From the NCBI GenBank assembly GCA_951406725.2, contig OX597821.1, positions 70,990,001 to 71,054,000 on the forward strand: DNA of 64,000 bases, read 5' to 3'. Under the pieces are notes generated by a model. That model ran no database searches. It saw nothing but the letters and a program-made list of their open reading frames with translations, and was not told where the DNA came from. Shown here piece by piece: positions 15,600-30,250 of the stretch (position 1 is its first letter; the number at the start of each line of letters is the position of its first letter). Made by a program: the position numbers and the translations under genes. This DNA is from Octopus vulgaris (Eukaryota).

Positions 15600-15911
15600 T
15601 TAGCGGTTCGTCACTTAGCGGTTCGGCAAAACAGACCGATAGAATAAGTACTGGGCTTACAAAGAATAAGTCCCGGGGTCGAGTTGCTCGACTAAAGGCG
15701 GTGCTCCAGCATGGCCGCAGTCAAATGACTGAAACAAGTAAAAGAGTAAAAGAGTAAATATATATATATATATATATATAAGATCAGCAAAATTTAGATT
15801 CAGATGAATATGGTACTTAAGTCAAAGGCACCAGAATTTTGTATGGTATTATCCATATAAATCAAATGGGGTGATTATAATCAAAATAAGCAACAAGTAC
15901 ATCCTAGCTAG

Positions 15912-15999
15912 AGTAGTACAATTGTTTCATACTACTTCATTTTATTAAACACCGTAAGTATTACATCAGTTTTAAAATGTCGTGCAATCTTCAGCCACT
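15912..15999 (-). ncRNA. Type I hammerhead ribozyme in a pLTR-like fragment (about 15782-16080)
   Basis: AGUGG-CUGAAGA-[long stem II including CAUUUUA/UAAAAUG]-GAAA-CAAUUG-UA-CUACU. Palindromic ACAAUUGU. Confidence 0.82.
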
Positions 16000-16369
16000 T
16001 ATAGAATTTTCCAGTCAAACGGACAATGCACATTCTTATCTCTATTTCATTTCTTATCTCTATTTATACATACATATATATAATGTTGGTTTGCATAAGC
16101 ATCGGTCTGAACATTTATTTATGTATCGTGTGGTGGACATAATTGGCGTTGTGGTATTTTGGTGACATCCTCCTTTATTTTGAGGTCGATAAAATGCGTC
16201 CCAAACGATGAAGATAAATAGTGTCGGTTGCTGCAAATGACTGACCTTTGAGAGCTAAATTCAAAATTCTAAAACTTTTATAAGGGCGTGTCTGCAAGGT
16301 GTGAGACTTTTGACGCATCCGCTGTGGCGCCGCTGATTCGACATTGACTTATTTGACATCAGACTTTTA

Positions 16370-16454
<85 letters not shown>

Positions 16455-16707
16455 CTTTCTATCTATCTGTTTATGTGTCGGCCTATTTATGCTTACGAGG
16501 AAAGGAAATGTGTTTATGTCAATCGTATTCAATTAATTTCAAATTTTGGCCAGCAAGTTCGGGGCGGGGGTTTGTCGATTACATCGACCGCAGTCTCTAA
16601 CTGGTACTCATTCCACTTTTGCCGAACAGCTAGCGAGGACATAAACACACCAACAATGGTTGTCAAGCGGCGGTGGGGGGACAGACACTAACACACACAC
16701 ATATATA

Positions 16708-17556
16708 CGTGGTCTGGTAAATAAGTATCTGGACTGTTGCTATAGTAACGAAGCTAAAATACGCAGATTAAAGCTGCTTGGCAAAGATTGACCTTGAACT
16801 CTGCTGTTCATGCGCATTCAGTTAACAGAAGTGCTTGGAGGGAAGATGTGTAGCGTGTGTTCCTCGCATTGATTATGACAGAGAAAACTGAACAGAGAAT
16901 ATGCATCAAAATATGCCAAAACCATGGCGATACCTGCTCAGAGGCCAACGTAAAGTTTTCAGAAAAACTTCATTGCTCTCGACACAATTAAGGAGATCTT
17001 GTGCAAATGAAAACCCGAGTGTCCTTTTGGTCAACTGAAAGCAGTTTTGGTACAAACTTGTCAGACACGCGTCTCATACCCAATTTTTCAGTGATAATGG
17101 ACTGAACCGTAACTAATCTGCACATCCTCTGATAACTCACGGATGATGATTCGACGATTTCCCCTCACAGATGCACGCACATCTGCGATGGTTTTTTTAG
17201 TTTCGTTGGCTGAGTGTGTCCCAGAACGTTCGTAAATATCGACATATTTTCGGCCATCTTGGAAACGTCTGAACCACTCGTACACTTGTGTGCAGCTCAT
17301 ACACTCCTCTCCATACACTTTCTGCAACATTGCATCGGCCTCTGAGCAGTTATCGCCATGACAACTTTCTCTGTTATGGTCAATGCGATGATCACACGCT
17401 ACACGCCTTCCTTCCTTCCAAGCACTACTTTAAACAGCGGAAGTGAGCTAGAACGCTGAAACTCAGTTCGCATGCACAGCAGAGTTCAAGGTCAATCTTT
17501 GCCAAGCGGTTTCACTCTACATGCTTTAGTTTAGTTATTATGACAGCAGACTCGTA
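16708..17556 (-). mobile_element. Internally deleted mariner element with long TIRs
   Basis: ORF 17088..17330 encodes the mariner HTH (VYGEECMS..VYEWFRRF..GR). Inverted arms contain cttggcaaagattgaccttgaactctgctgt; TA at the ends. Confidence 0.8.
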
Positions 17557-18184
17557 TAAATAAATAAATATATATATATATATATATATACGACGGGCTT
17601 CTTTTTACCAAATCCACTCACAGGGCTTTGGTTCACCTTGGGCTATAGTAGAAGACACTTGCCCAGGGTAACATGCAGTGGAACTGAACTTGGAACCATG
17701 TGTTTAGAAAGCAAACCTCTCACCATACAGCCACGCCACTAATCGCAAAATTCCGCTCTTCATCATCTCCAAAACGATAAAACCATTTAATCAAACTTGG
17801 AGATAAAGATGATGCTATTGTCAAAATGGATGCTGGATATTATCGGGATTTAGATTAGGAATATTTGGAAGATACGTTTTACATAGAAATACCTGCAAAC
17901 ACCTGGCTGTGTGGTTAAGAGACCCATTTTCTAACCACGTGATTTCAAGTTCAGTCCCACAGTGAGGCACGTTGGGCGAGTGTCTTCTGCAATAGCCCCG
18001 GGCCGAACTAAGCCTTATGAGTGAATTTGGTAGGCAGAAACTGTGGAAGCCTGTGAGTGTGTGTTTATCATCTGCCCTATCGCTTGACAACCGGTGTCGG
18101 TTAGTTTACATCTCCGTAACTTAGTAGTATGGCAAAATAGATTGATAGAATAACTACCAAGCTGTAGAAAGAAAACCATAAGGA

Positions 18185-19170
18185 ATTTGGAAAACATACG
18201 AACACTACAAGATTACTATTCCTTGATATAATGGTAATTAAATATAGTACCGACATCACAATGGATATGCAGTATAAAGACGCGAACAAACCTCGGTAGC
18301 TGAGTTTGAAAATCATGCCGTCCACCACAAACAAAATGTAGCATCCCAAACTGTCGAGCTAAGAATATTAGCACTGTTGTTCCTGATGTAAATATCAGAG
18401 AAAGACGACTCGCAGACCTCCAGACGTTTTTAGTCAAGCGAATATATCTACTCTAAGTTATATAAAATGGCACTAAGAACAAATAGTTACACAACTTCGA
18501 TTTACCCAAGAAATATGAACGCAAGACTACGAGATATTACGTTGTGTACTGACTCGTAATCACATAACCATAACAGTTTTAGCATCGCTAAATCAATTTT
18601 CTTCTGTGATTTGACTACGTGATAAACTAAAGGATTTAATTACCATTGGAGTGCTTTTTATAAGCAAAAGACAACCGATGAATTCGAAACAATTGTTAAT
18701 AAATGCAAAGTTTCATCAAAGAGCTGTAATAAAAACTCCACAGTATTTATGTGCAACGACAAACGCTTTGGTACGTGTCAGTTTATACATTCTGGTAATT
18801 ATATCAATGCAAATATAAAGTGTAAGAACAGAAATTTTATATACAGTATCAAAAAGCCAAATTCTGAAGAAGAAGAAGAAGAAATATATATCGACAAGAC
18901 TGGAAATTTATCAGAATGCATGTGAATACACCGACAGCAAATCATGAAACCTCATGTCAGGCAGATCTGTTTAATTACTCATTTACAAACATGCTGCAAC
19001 AAATTTTTCCTGATATTTTCTTTAGTAAACTTTGTGACTGAAATGCAGTTAAAAGAGCAAAAGAAGAGCTTTATGTAACTAATTCTGGATGAATAGTAAT
19101 TCTGATTCTTATTTGGTTCGAAATTAACATTTACTCAACAACTGGTATAATAATGTTATCATTGTCACCT
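18185..19170 (+). mobile_element. Degenerate Penelope/Poseidon-type RT C-terminus and linker
   Basis: Translates to LLFLDIMVIK...MDMQYK...KCSIPN...RERRLADLQTFLVKR, and later CNDKRFGTCQFI, with stops and frameshifts. Confidence 0.6.
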
Positions 19171-19232
19171 TTTAACGCTATAACAATATATATGTACATG
19201 CAAACATCAAAAGCTGCCGAGTGTGCAAGCAT

Positions 19233-19284
<52 letters not shown>

Positions 19285-19947
19285 TATATATATATATATA
19301 TATATATAAAAATCATATATATATATATATAAAATCATATATATATATATATATATATAAAATCATATATATATAATCATATATATTCGCATATTCACAT
19401 ATGTACTCAAACACTTACTCATATGTGCGTGTGTATGTGTGTAGATAGATAGATAGATAGATAGACAGACAGATACGAATATAGATATGTGTGTGTGTGT
19501 TTGTGTGCGTGTGTGTGTGTGTGTTTGTGTGTGTGTGTGAGTGTGTGAACAAACGAGAGAAAATAGCATTCAACAGATTTCGTGTTCGAGTTGTATTTAA
19601 TACCAAGTCGACTCAACACCTCATTACTTAAACATTCGTGGCTGCCGATTACGTTTTCTCCGTTGTCAGGGCAGAAAGATTTAAAAGACTGTGTAAAAGG
19701 GCTTGCACAAACACACACGTATACACACACACACGCGTATACACACGCACTTATAGAATATGATTATGTAATAATGGATGTTTATGTATCCTTTTTATCT
19801 CTTACACACTTATTTGTTTGAATAGATATATACACACACACACATATATACGTACACGTACATACATCCATACATGCATATTTATATATATATATACACA
19901 TAAAGAAATACATACAAAAATACATACATGCATCTTACATACATACC

Positions 19948-19988
<41 letters not shown>

Positions 19989-20475
19989 TCATGAAGAGAA
20001 TGTACATCAAAGCCACTGTCTCTTCTCGAGCTGCAGATGTTGTGCTGCTGACAAATATTCTTTGATCCTTACAGACAAACCAGAATATTTAAAGCGCTTA
20101 AGCAGTAAGCGCCACAATATCACACATCCCTACACTTGCTTATTTAACCATCTTTCGACATGACTATATATCTTGCTAACTACGTATTTATTTATCTATG
20201 TATGTAAATATTTATCTAGCCGTCCATACACGCATATATCTATCTTTTTTTATACTGCCATATAGATTTATCTGTTTTTCGTAGCTGTCTATTTGTTAAT
20301 CTGTCTCTTTATATTTAAGTGTATAGTTTTGTAGGTATACATGTGTGGATGGTTGTGCGAATGTGTCGATCTCACAATTCATGTTCCTCTCTACCTGTCT
20401 TTTATCGACAGACATTCAGACAATGCAAGACTCTCGTGTAAGCATGTATGTTCCTTCTCTCTCTCTCTTTCTTTC

Positions 20476-20511
<36 letters not shown>

Positions 20512-20788
20512 GAATGTAGGCATGTATGTACGTATGCCTTGACGTATGTATGCACATATCTTTGCAAGTATAGAAACATTATTTATATGCATATATAAAT
20601 TCATACATCCATATATCCTGTCTATTTATCCTACAACACACTCCCTTCCTCTCTCTCTCCCCCCTTTCTCTCTTTCTCTCTCTCTCTCTTTCTCTCTCCT
20701 TTTCTCTCTTTCTCTACTTAATTCGTATATTTACCAGCGTATATATGTGTGTGTCTATCTCCCCCTTCACCAGCCTATTTCCTTATCT

Positions 20789-20838
<50 letters not shown>

Positions 20839-21142
20839 ATATATACCTATATTATATACTCACATACATGTGCATACACACACATATATGTGGTGCGTGT
20901 GTGTTTTGTGTGTGCGTGCGCGTGCGAGCGTGTCCGTCTGTCGGCATGACTCTACTTGTCGAGATATGTTACACATGTTCAAATTCTAGCCGACGAATAT
21001 ATCTAACATTATACTCATTTTATTTACATATACTTATATGCTTAGGAGAATAAATATATCGCGTATACATACATATATATATGTGTGTGTGTGTATATGT
21101 ATGTATGTATGTTTGTACACAAACGCAAACATGCATTTAAAG

Positions 21143-21178
<36 letters not shown>

Positions 21179-21552
21179 AATGTATGTATGTAGGTATGTA
21201 TATCAAAGCACTTTTTGTTGTGCCATTTTTTGTTTGAAACCAGTCTATATCAACAACAGTGTTTAGTTTGTTGTTAAGTTCTTTTTTTTTTCAAAAGAAA
21301 GCGTGTTAAGTAATGCTACAGAACAAGCAAAACAAACAACAAAGATTGCTGAGAACAAAAAAAAAGACAAAAAAAAACAAAACAATAGAAGACTGAAAGA
21401 AAGAAAAAAAAATAACGTAAACATGAAAGAGTAAAAAAAAAAAAAAAGCAATAAAAATTTTCAGAACAACAATAACAACAAATACAAGAAGAAGAGCAGC
21501 GAGAGAGAGAGAGAGGAGACATAACAATCGGAACCCCATTCACAAACCTCAC

Positions 21553-21658
21553 CGTTCGTTGCCCAAAGACCATAAATAGTAAGAACAACAAAAACAACTA
21601 CAGCTGTAGTCGTTCTGCTGCTAACAGCAAAAAACAACAAACATTTGCCTCCAGCCAT
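21553..21658 (-). CDS. Probable first coding exon of a secreted or membrane protein: MAGGKCLLFFAVSSRTTTAVVVFVVLTIYGLWATN + phase-1 intron
   Basis: gcgATGG start context, hydrophobic stretch ending in small residues, then an ACG|GTGAGG donor in phase 1 (typical after signal peptides). Preceded by a CAG/CAA-rich 5'UTR-like tract. No downstream exon identified. Confidence 0.55.
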
Positions 21659-21925
21659 CGCTGTAGAATTCTTCTTGTTAGAATAAATTGTAGCTTCTGT
21701 TGTTTTAACAACTCTTCGAGAAGTACTGCTTCTCTTTCGTCTTCTTCTTGCTGTTGCTGTTGCTGTTGGTCTTGCTGTTTTGCTTCTCGTCGTCGGTAAT
21801 CGTTGCCGTTGTTGTTGTTGTTATTGTTGTTGTTGTCGTCCGCTGTAAACATTGCTGCTGTTGTTACATCGAGATGCTGTTTGTTTATTTACCACACAAG
21901 TGGGTCCCTCCCTCTCTCTCTCTCC

Positions 21926-21959
<34 letters not shown>

Positions 21960-22189
21960 AAAGTGAGTGTTTCACTAAAAGCTGTGTTCACATTCAGCTT
22001 CCAAAAGTTTATTTTTATCTACACACACACACACACATGCAAGCACGCACATACATACATACATACATACACATATATAATGCATATGTATATTCATGTG
22101 TGTGTGTGTGTGTGTGTGTGCGTATAGTCTCATCCTTTCATCTGATGATACATTGCGGTAGAGTCGTGCGACCTCTTTGGGTATGTATT

Positions 22190-22465
22190 TAAGGTTATCA
22201 GACAAGAAATGCTGCTCAAGGAACTGCTTTCCAAGTCTTATGATGCAATAAGCCCCATGTACGCAGACTTGGTCAAGGGATGCAATTCGACACTCGGTGG
22301 TCAAAAGATGTTGCCGAAAGGGATACGATACGACATTCAAAGGCAATTTGAATCGACGATAAACCTCTGCCGCTTTGTTTCTGTTTTAGGTAGAGGCGGT
22401 CTAAGTCATTGTTTATGTGGAAATTGCGTGTGCTTGTTAGTATATTCCGGGTTTTCACATCAATG
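22190..22465 (-). mobile_element. R4/Dong-type RT C-terminal fragment
   Basis: ORF 22273..22458: KTRNILT...FHINNDLDRLYLKQKQSGRGL. Confidence 0.65.
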
Positions 22466-22668
22466 ACTCGGATACGTTTGTATGTATGTATGTATTCGTA
22501 TATACATACATATATTTACGTAGACATACACATACATACACGCATCCATCCATACATGTTTAAATTTTGGAACTTATTTAATATAATGCTAAGCACTATT
22601 CTTGCTTTTATCTATTCAGTTGAGAATATATATATACGTGTGTGTATGTGTGCAGATAGACAGACAAG

Positions 22669-22699
<31 letters not shown>

Positions 22700-22713
22700 G
22701 CTGACAGGTGGAC

Positions 22714-22816
<103 letters not shown>

Positions 22817-23988
22817 GTTGAAAAACCGTTTTAGATAAAATAAGTCGAAGGTTGCCTTCGACTTTTTCTGACCAAAACGGTTTTTTCAACTCAACATTGA
22901 CATGCTACTTTTAAAGTTTTATTTGTACTTCGCGAACCAATTCTAGTAAGTAGTCGGGCAAAATCTTATAGCATTGAAAGCAAAAGATGTCACTTATGCG
23001 TAGAGGAAATTTTCCCGATCGTTACATCCAAACACAAATTAATCAACAATAAAAGCGAAAGAGGTTTTGTTGCCCACATAGAATTAAATATACGTTTAAT
23101 AAATTCAAATAAATAAAATTGAACAGACATTATAAGAATAGATATACTCTTTACTCTTTTACTCTTTTACTTGTTTCAGTCATTTGACTGCGGCCATGCT
23201 GGAGCACCAAATATAAGTAAACAGGTATTATGTGAATAAATATATATCTAAAACTAATAATTCTATATTAATCAAAACCCTTACTATCAGCTGATGTATC
23301 AAAATAAATAATTTAACAATTATATTAAATAAATGAGGGATAGGCAGCTTATTATATTTATAAGGGAAAAGAAATATACATGTGTGTGTATGCATGTGTG
23401 TGTGGATGTGTTTGTGTATGTGTGCTTGTGTGTGTATTTAACAAATTTTTAAATAAATTATATTTAAATAATTTATATTTAAATAAATTATATTTAAATA
23501 TCATTCACTCCGTGAATGATAAAAATAAAAATAAAAATAGGAACTAACCTTAAAATGAAATATTACTCACCATTTGGAAGTAGTCTAACTCCACATATGT
23601 GATACAGAGTGAATCATATCCCCATTAAATAAATAAAAAATCAGTTTAACTAAATATTTATAATAACCCAAACTATCAACAAATTAGTCTAATGCATCTA
23701 AATAAAAAAAATAGTAATAAGAATTGAAATTCTCATAATCAAATAGCTAGAAGTTATATCAATTGATTTGGATACTTACAAATATGTATATTTTATTTTT
23801 ATTCTTTTCACAAAGGAGTCGAAAAAGGAGTGGCAGCTAACCTCTATAAGAATACCAATCAAAATTTTATTAAGGGGGGAATAGTAGTATGATCTAGTTC
23901 CTCGGGTCTACAACTAGCCACTGTCCATTGTGGTCGTAATTTAACCTTAAACTTTTTTTTAGAAAGGCCTCCAAAAGACACACATGCT

Positions 23989-24023
<35 letters not shown>

Positions 24024-24329
24024 CTGTTTCAATCGGTAGGCAATTCTCCATACATTAGGATGTGAACGAACATTTATAAATTTTTGCCCCAAAGAGATTT
24101 CTACCTTTTAAATGCATAATGCAATCTTAATTGTAAAATACGAATGAAGGTAAGAAATTGAAACGTACGTAGGCGATATGAAATTGACTATTATATAAAT
24201 AAATTGCTTTTTTTTCTGTGCTCAAACTATCCATAACAAAATCAAAAACAAACAATGCACATTCGGGAAATAAAAATTATAGAATGGCGACAATTTATCC
24301 ATCGCACCCTGTGTATGTATGTCTGTATT

Positions 24330-25492
24330 TTGTTGACTACCTAGTATCGTAGGGTCAGCTCCATGATGCAATTCTCTCAACCAGAAATTTGGAAACGACA
24401 TGCTGTACTGCTTGGCATTCGCGCCGGAACCTGCAATACGAACATTTCAGAGTGTTTGGGTGTCAATCTGGGGACTTGCCATGTTCCCAAAGCATGTACA
24501 GAGAATGAAAATATCAAACATCCAGTCAACAGCATGCTGTTTGGAGTGATCCCTAGTGATAGCGATGTTATGCTTCGATTCATCTTCCCACACGGCCTCA
24601 GACTCGATACGGAGGCGTACATCAAGTGCCTGCAAGAGGTAGTGCTGCCCTGGGTCAAGAGGAAGACCCTATATCTGGCAACGGGACCCAGCACCATACC
24701 ACACAAGCAGGAGAACCCATTCATGACTGTCAGACAATTTCTGCGACCACACCACCCCTAAAATCTGGCCACCTAACTCCCCACACTGCAACCCCTTGAT
24801 TATTATGTATGAGGCGCAGATCTGAGAGAGTGACCGACAAAACTCCTTGTAACACCAAAGATGAACTGAAGGTAAGGATTATGGCAGCATTCACCAATTT
24901 AAGCAAGGAGACCGTCCAGAAGAATTGCAGGAAATTCCAAAGTCATCTGGAGGCTGTGGTTGAAGCCAATGTCCATTTTATTGAATAAATTTACCCTTTA
25001 ATATTTCAAGATATTTTAAGGCAATTTTGGTAAATATATAGGCGCAGGCGTGTCTGTGTGGTAAGAAGCTTGTTTCCCAACAACATGGTTCTTGGTTCAG
25101 TCCCATTGCGTGGCACCTTGGGCAAGTGTCTTCTACTATAGCCTTGGGCCAACCAAAGCGTCGTGAGTGAATTTGGTAGTCAGAAACTGAAAGAAGTCCA
25201 TCGTGGGTGTGTGTCTGTGTGTGTCTGTGTTTGTCCCCCCAACATCGCTTGACAACTGATAATGGTTTGCTTGCGTCCCTGTAACTTAGCTGTTCGGCAA
25301 AAGGGACCGATAGAATAAGTACTAGGCTTGAAAAGAATAACCTCTGGGGTCGATTTGCTCGACTAAAGGCAGTGCTCCAGCATGGCAGCAATCAAGTGAC
25401 TGAAACAAATAAAAGAATATCTGTTAAAATGAGATGTCAGTGTTATTTTCATTTTTGCGTAATTTAGACGACAGTTTATTCGCCGCACCCTT
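24330..25492 (+). mobile_element. Degenerate maT (DD37D)-like transposon interrupted by a SINE at about 25040-25420
   Basis: VNSMLFGVI..D.DVM..FIFPHGLRLDTEAYI..L.EVVLPW and WPPNSPHCNPLDYYV. Confidence 0.75.
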
Positions 25493-26183
25493 TACACATA
25501 CATACGTACATGCGTACATACGTGCGTGCGTGCGTGCGTGCGTGCGTGCGTGTGTGCGTGCGTGCGGGCGTGCGGGCGTGCGTGCGTGCGTGCGTGCGTG
25601 CGTGTATGTGTGTGTGTGTACATACATAAAATAAATAAATACAAACGTCCAAATATGTAAAGGTCTAGATTTCATCTGAAATTGTCTGACGAATTCTAGA
25701 CAATTTATGCAACGGGTAGGAAGCTGAACGAACAAATCCAGTTTGAACATCCTCCTCATCTTCATCGTCATCACCAGCACCAGCACCAACACCAGCACCA
25801 CCACCACCACCACCACCATCATCAAGATAAAAACAAAATAACAGCAAACGGAATGATCATTTTATGTTATAATGTAAACATTGATGGAGATGTGTGTGAA
25901 GTAAGACGTACTCAAGTAACCTCTGTCAAAATACCAGAGTCAGATTCTTGCGAACATGTGGGAGCAAAATGTCGTCTTGTTTGGAAGTTTGCAAAGTAAA
26001 CTGGTTGCAGTAAACTGGTTGGCACTGGAATAATTCTTCTCTGGCACTAGACGACTCTAATAAAATAATTCCTTAATTGTGGTTTGGCACTGGGGTAGAT
26101 GTGTGTGCGTGTGTGTGTGTGTATGATTCAGAGATAAACATACATACACAGGCACGTATATATATATGTATATATATATATGC

Positions 26184-26238
<55 letters not shown>

Positions 26239-26242
<4 letters not shown>

Positions 26243-27420
26243 GTTCGTAAGATATTTGAGGACAGATAACATTATTTATCAAAAAATGCTATGAGGATAA
26301 AAATAAACCTTCTTTTCTATAATGTTATTCAATAAAGCCACCTTCAGCTTCAACAACTGCTTCTATATGAGATCTAAATCATCGACAAGCTCGAATCAAG
26401 TGGTCCTGGTTCATTTCGGACATTATTTTGTTTATGGCAGCTTTCAAAGAATCTTTGGTGTTGTGGTTGTGTTCATTGACCCCTCTCTCAACAACGCTTC
26501 ACATGTAAATAGTCCAATGGATTGAGATCTGGGGAATTAGAAGGCCAAATGTTAGGAGTTATGTGACCATGAACATTTTCAACCACCCATTCCTGTGTTA
26601 CTAGAACCATGTGTGGTAATGCAGAGTCTTGCTGAAACACATATGGCCTCCCATTGGATACACTGTCTATCCAGGGCTTAACAACCATTTTCAGGACCTC
26701 AATGTAGGCGACAGAGTTAACTCTAAGACCTTGTGGAAAGAAAGAAGGAGGCATCACAACCCCTAAAACTATGACTGTTGCAGGAAATTCTGTATGCATA
26801 ACACTTGGAACTTCAGAAGGGTCTGCACATAACCATCTGTCATTTCTTCTGTTAACTTTTTTTTTATCGTGGTCGAAGTTTTTCTCGTTTGAGAAAAACC
26901 AAATCAAATCTTCTGCGGGATTTTTCGGTTTGTTTAAGAGCCTTTTAGATCTGATGTAGGGATTTTCTATTGCTTTTTCTGACCTTTCTTCATCATAGAT
27001 TTGATGTCTTCGTGGATAACATTTCTGACTGTTTCTTCTGACACATGGGCAGCTTTTGTAATTGACCTCATGCTCTTTCTGGGATTGTAATCAATGGTCT
27101 GTTGAACTTGGATAAATTCAGGTATTCTGATGATTTCAGAGCATTTGGAATGCTTTTTATGCTTTGATACTGGTGATACATTTCCATCTTCAGTCTCTAA
27201 CTCCTTACAAACTTTGTAGACGAAAGATATAGCAACTTTTAAAAAGATATTTCCAAAGCACTATGCTCAGCCTTTATAATCACAATAACAGCATACCTCT
27301 TCATTTCTTGAGTAAGCTGAGGGTCTGCCATTACTGTTTTCTGAAACAAAGATTATACAGAGTTAGCAAAAAATACAGCAATGCCCCCAAAAAGGTGTCC
27401 TCAAATACTTTATACTCTCT
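26239..27420 (-). mobile_element. maT (DD37D) Tc1/mariner-superfamily transposon, degenerate
   Basis: FSNEKNF...VFQQD-(37 aa)-PLD; imperfect TIRs tatttgaggaca / tgtcctcaaata. Confidence 0.85.
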
Positions 27421-27445
27421 ATATCTATGTGTATATATATTTAGA

Positions 27446-27657
27446 AAATTAAGATTCAGTAGGGTATATAATACCATTAGCAAAATCAGAGCCATTACTC
27501 CAAAAACCACCATAAAACTTACCTTTGCTTGAATACATCAATAAGTAATGTATATTTCTCATATGTTCATTGCATTGCTTGTAAGTTTTATGGTGGTTTT
27601 TGGAGCAATGGCTATGATTTTGCAAATGGTATTAGACATCCTACTGAATCTTAATTT
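27446..27657. mobile_element. MITE-like palindrome with 77-bp arms
   Basis: 27446-27522 is mirrored by 27581-27657. Confidence 0.7.
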
Positions 27658-27743
27658 ACTTTACAATGTGCTTGTAAAGGTGGGAACTTGCTAGCGACCT
27701 TATTACTATAAATAACAGTAATAATACTTCTTTATATATATAT

Positions 27744-27793
<50 letters not shown>

Positions 27794-27879
27794 ATATATA
27801 CATATATATATACATATATATATACACATATATATATACATATATATATATACATATATATATATATACATATATATAT

Positions 27880-27946
<67 letters not shown>

Positions 27947-28030
27947 CATATATATACATATATATATATATATACATATATATACATATTTATATATATA
28001 TATATATACATATATATACATATTTATATA

Positions 28031-28098
<68 letters not shown>

Positions 28099-28298
28099 TA
28101 TATAAATAGATGAGTGTATTTTACCTTGTTAACAATTAACACGGATAAATGAATGAATAGTTACCAGGGCAGCAAAATCTCACAAGTAAAGATGTTGTAA
28201 CTCCTTGTTTATAAAGGTTGAAACTTCGTGTTTACGTTGAATATTTGAATAATAGGAATAAAAAATGGAGTCAACGCAGGTTTAAACAAGTATTTTTT

Positions 28299-28383
28299 CT
28301 TTCTACATATGTTTCAAAAATTCCACTGATACTTATTCAAAAGAATAAAAGGTATAAACAATGCAATCTTCTCTTCGGGAAAG
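28299..28383 (-). ncRNA. Type I hammerhead ribozyme (CCGAAGA core variant) in the Penelope pLTR
   Basis: CUUUC-CCGAAGA-[long stem II GAAGAUU/AAUUUUU, CAUUG/CAGUG, UUAUUC/GAAUAA]-GAAA-CAUAUG-UA-GAAAG. Stem I 5 bp, palindromic ACAUAUGU. Confidence 0.8.
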
Positions 28384-28584
28384 TGAAAAAACGAAACTTG
28401 TCAATACGACATTTTAGCAAAAAATGATGGATTCGTATAGCGATAGACAGAACGCTATTAATATTGTTTAAAAAAACGTTATATGATATAACGTCATAAG
28501 TAGCTAACAGAAAGAGTAGGGATATTAATAGTGAATGTTAAATATAAAGGAAATTAAAGTCTAAACTATATATAATGATAGAGA

Positions 28585-30250
28585 CTACTTATATGCACTA
28601 AAAGTATGCTTTTGCCAATGCTTACATCTGTATGCTCGTTCTATAACCGTGTTTACTAGAGTATTTTTAGAAAAAATAATGAAAAATAGCTCAGAATTGC
28701 AGAGAAGACAGAATTTCTTGCCTTTGTCATATGGTATGGAAATTGAGAGGATCAACCATTCCAAATGAAATTGTTCATTGTGGTCTTTTAAATTTCAAAA
28801 TCAGTTTGCTGAGACCGGTACTATTCCGTTTATTTCTATCTCTAAATGTTGAGTAATGGATAGAAATTCTCTTCGATAACTCTAACGATGTGCTTCCAAT
28901 GTAAAATTGTACTTTATTACGAGTACTGATTATACACTGGTATATAGAATTTTTAATCTTAGAGTTACTTGACATAAATTTAATTCTATTGGGATTGACT
29001 TCAGATACAATAACCTTGTTATTAATATTTCTAGAGGGTTGGATGGTAGTAGCTAAATTAATGTTAGTATTAGTAAATGTATTAATATTTAACAGTTTGT
29101 TATTATGAGAAGATATAATTTGCAAGAGATTTTTTGTGTTTGAAAAACCTATCCTAACCTTATGTGAATTAATTATAGAGTAATATCTAGAATTATTTGG
29201 AAAATTCCTAGCAATAGCTTGACGAAACAGCAGTGGGAGATTAGATTTAATTTGTCTCCCGTAAGGAATTATTAACCAAATATTTTTACTAGTATTCATA
29301 GCGTAATTACTTTTGAAGGTGTTATATTTACTTTTAGATCGGTAATAGGGGAATAAATAAGGGTTATCTGCCTTCATTCGCTTTGTATCGGTGCGTAAGT
29401 TATGTTTGTTATCAATAATTCTTTTACGACTAGAAATCTTATCTACATTATTGAATTTACAATTAGACTGAGCAGAATCAATGTAGAAAATTTTTTCTGT
29501 ATAACCTGCTTTGATTAAGGCAGAGTTATAGAATTCAGCGTTATTATTGAAAATATCAACATTAGCAGATAATTTAGATAATCTAAATGAAATATTCTTA
29601 ACTAAATTCTTAGTAATTGCTCCAGGATGATTACTAAATTTGCTAATGTACTTAAGATTGGTCAACGGTTTATGATATGGGAAGTAAGAGTCACTGTGTA
29701 AATTAAGGGTAATATCTAAAAAGTTGGCCTTCGTCAGATCGTCATCAAAAACGATTTTTAAGCCCATTCTACTGAAAAAATTAACTAAACTGTTCTTAAC
29801 TTTTTGTACCTTTTGGTTAGAAACATTTTGGAGGTAAAGTAAACAATCATCACGATATAGACCTCCATAAATGTTAGGGAACTCTTCAGCCATTTCAAAA
29901 AGAATGTATATACAGACCAAATCAGCTATCTGTGCTGAATCAGAACTTCCCATAGGTATATCGAAACTATCTGGTGTGTCTTTACGGACCCACAACTTAT
30001 CATCAAATTTAATAATAGATCTTCTGGCTGCCAACACAACATTAATTTCTTCTCGGGTGAGACCAGCTTTGTTATGAGCAAGACGAATAAAAATTGGAAA
30101 TATCAAACTGGATAAACTTCGTACTCACCTTACTGTTAATAGACCTAAACCAGTCAACTACGTCAAATGAATTAGTCCATAAGCTAAGTTTTAATGTTTT
30201 GATTAGATTAGGAATATATTTATCTAGTATATTTTTACTAAGGATACCGA
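28585..30250 (-). pseudogene. Penelope-like RT-endonuclease ORF with frameshifts near 30090 and 28790
   Basis: ORF-track pieces 30072..30281 and 28775..30106 plus the manually translated tail KDHNEQFHLEWLILSISIPYDKGKKFCLLCNSELFFII...RCKHWQKHTFSAYK*. Confidence 0.88.

Noticed and set aside
23447-23500. Short AT-only tandem repeat (aaataaattatattt)n
   Set aside because: Low-complexity minisatellite with no spacers; not CRISPR-like.
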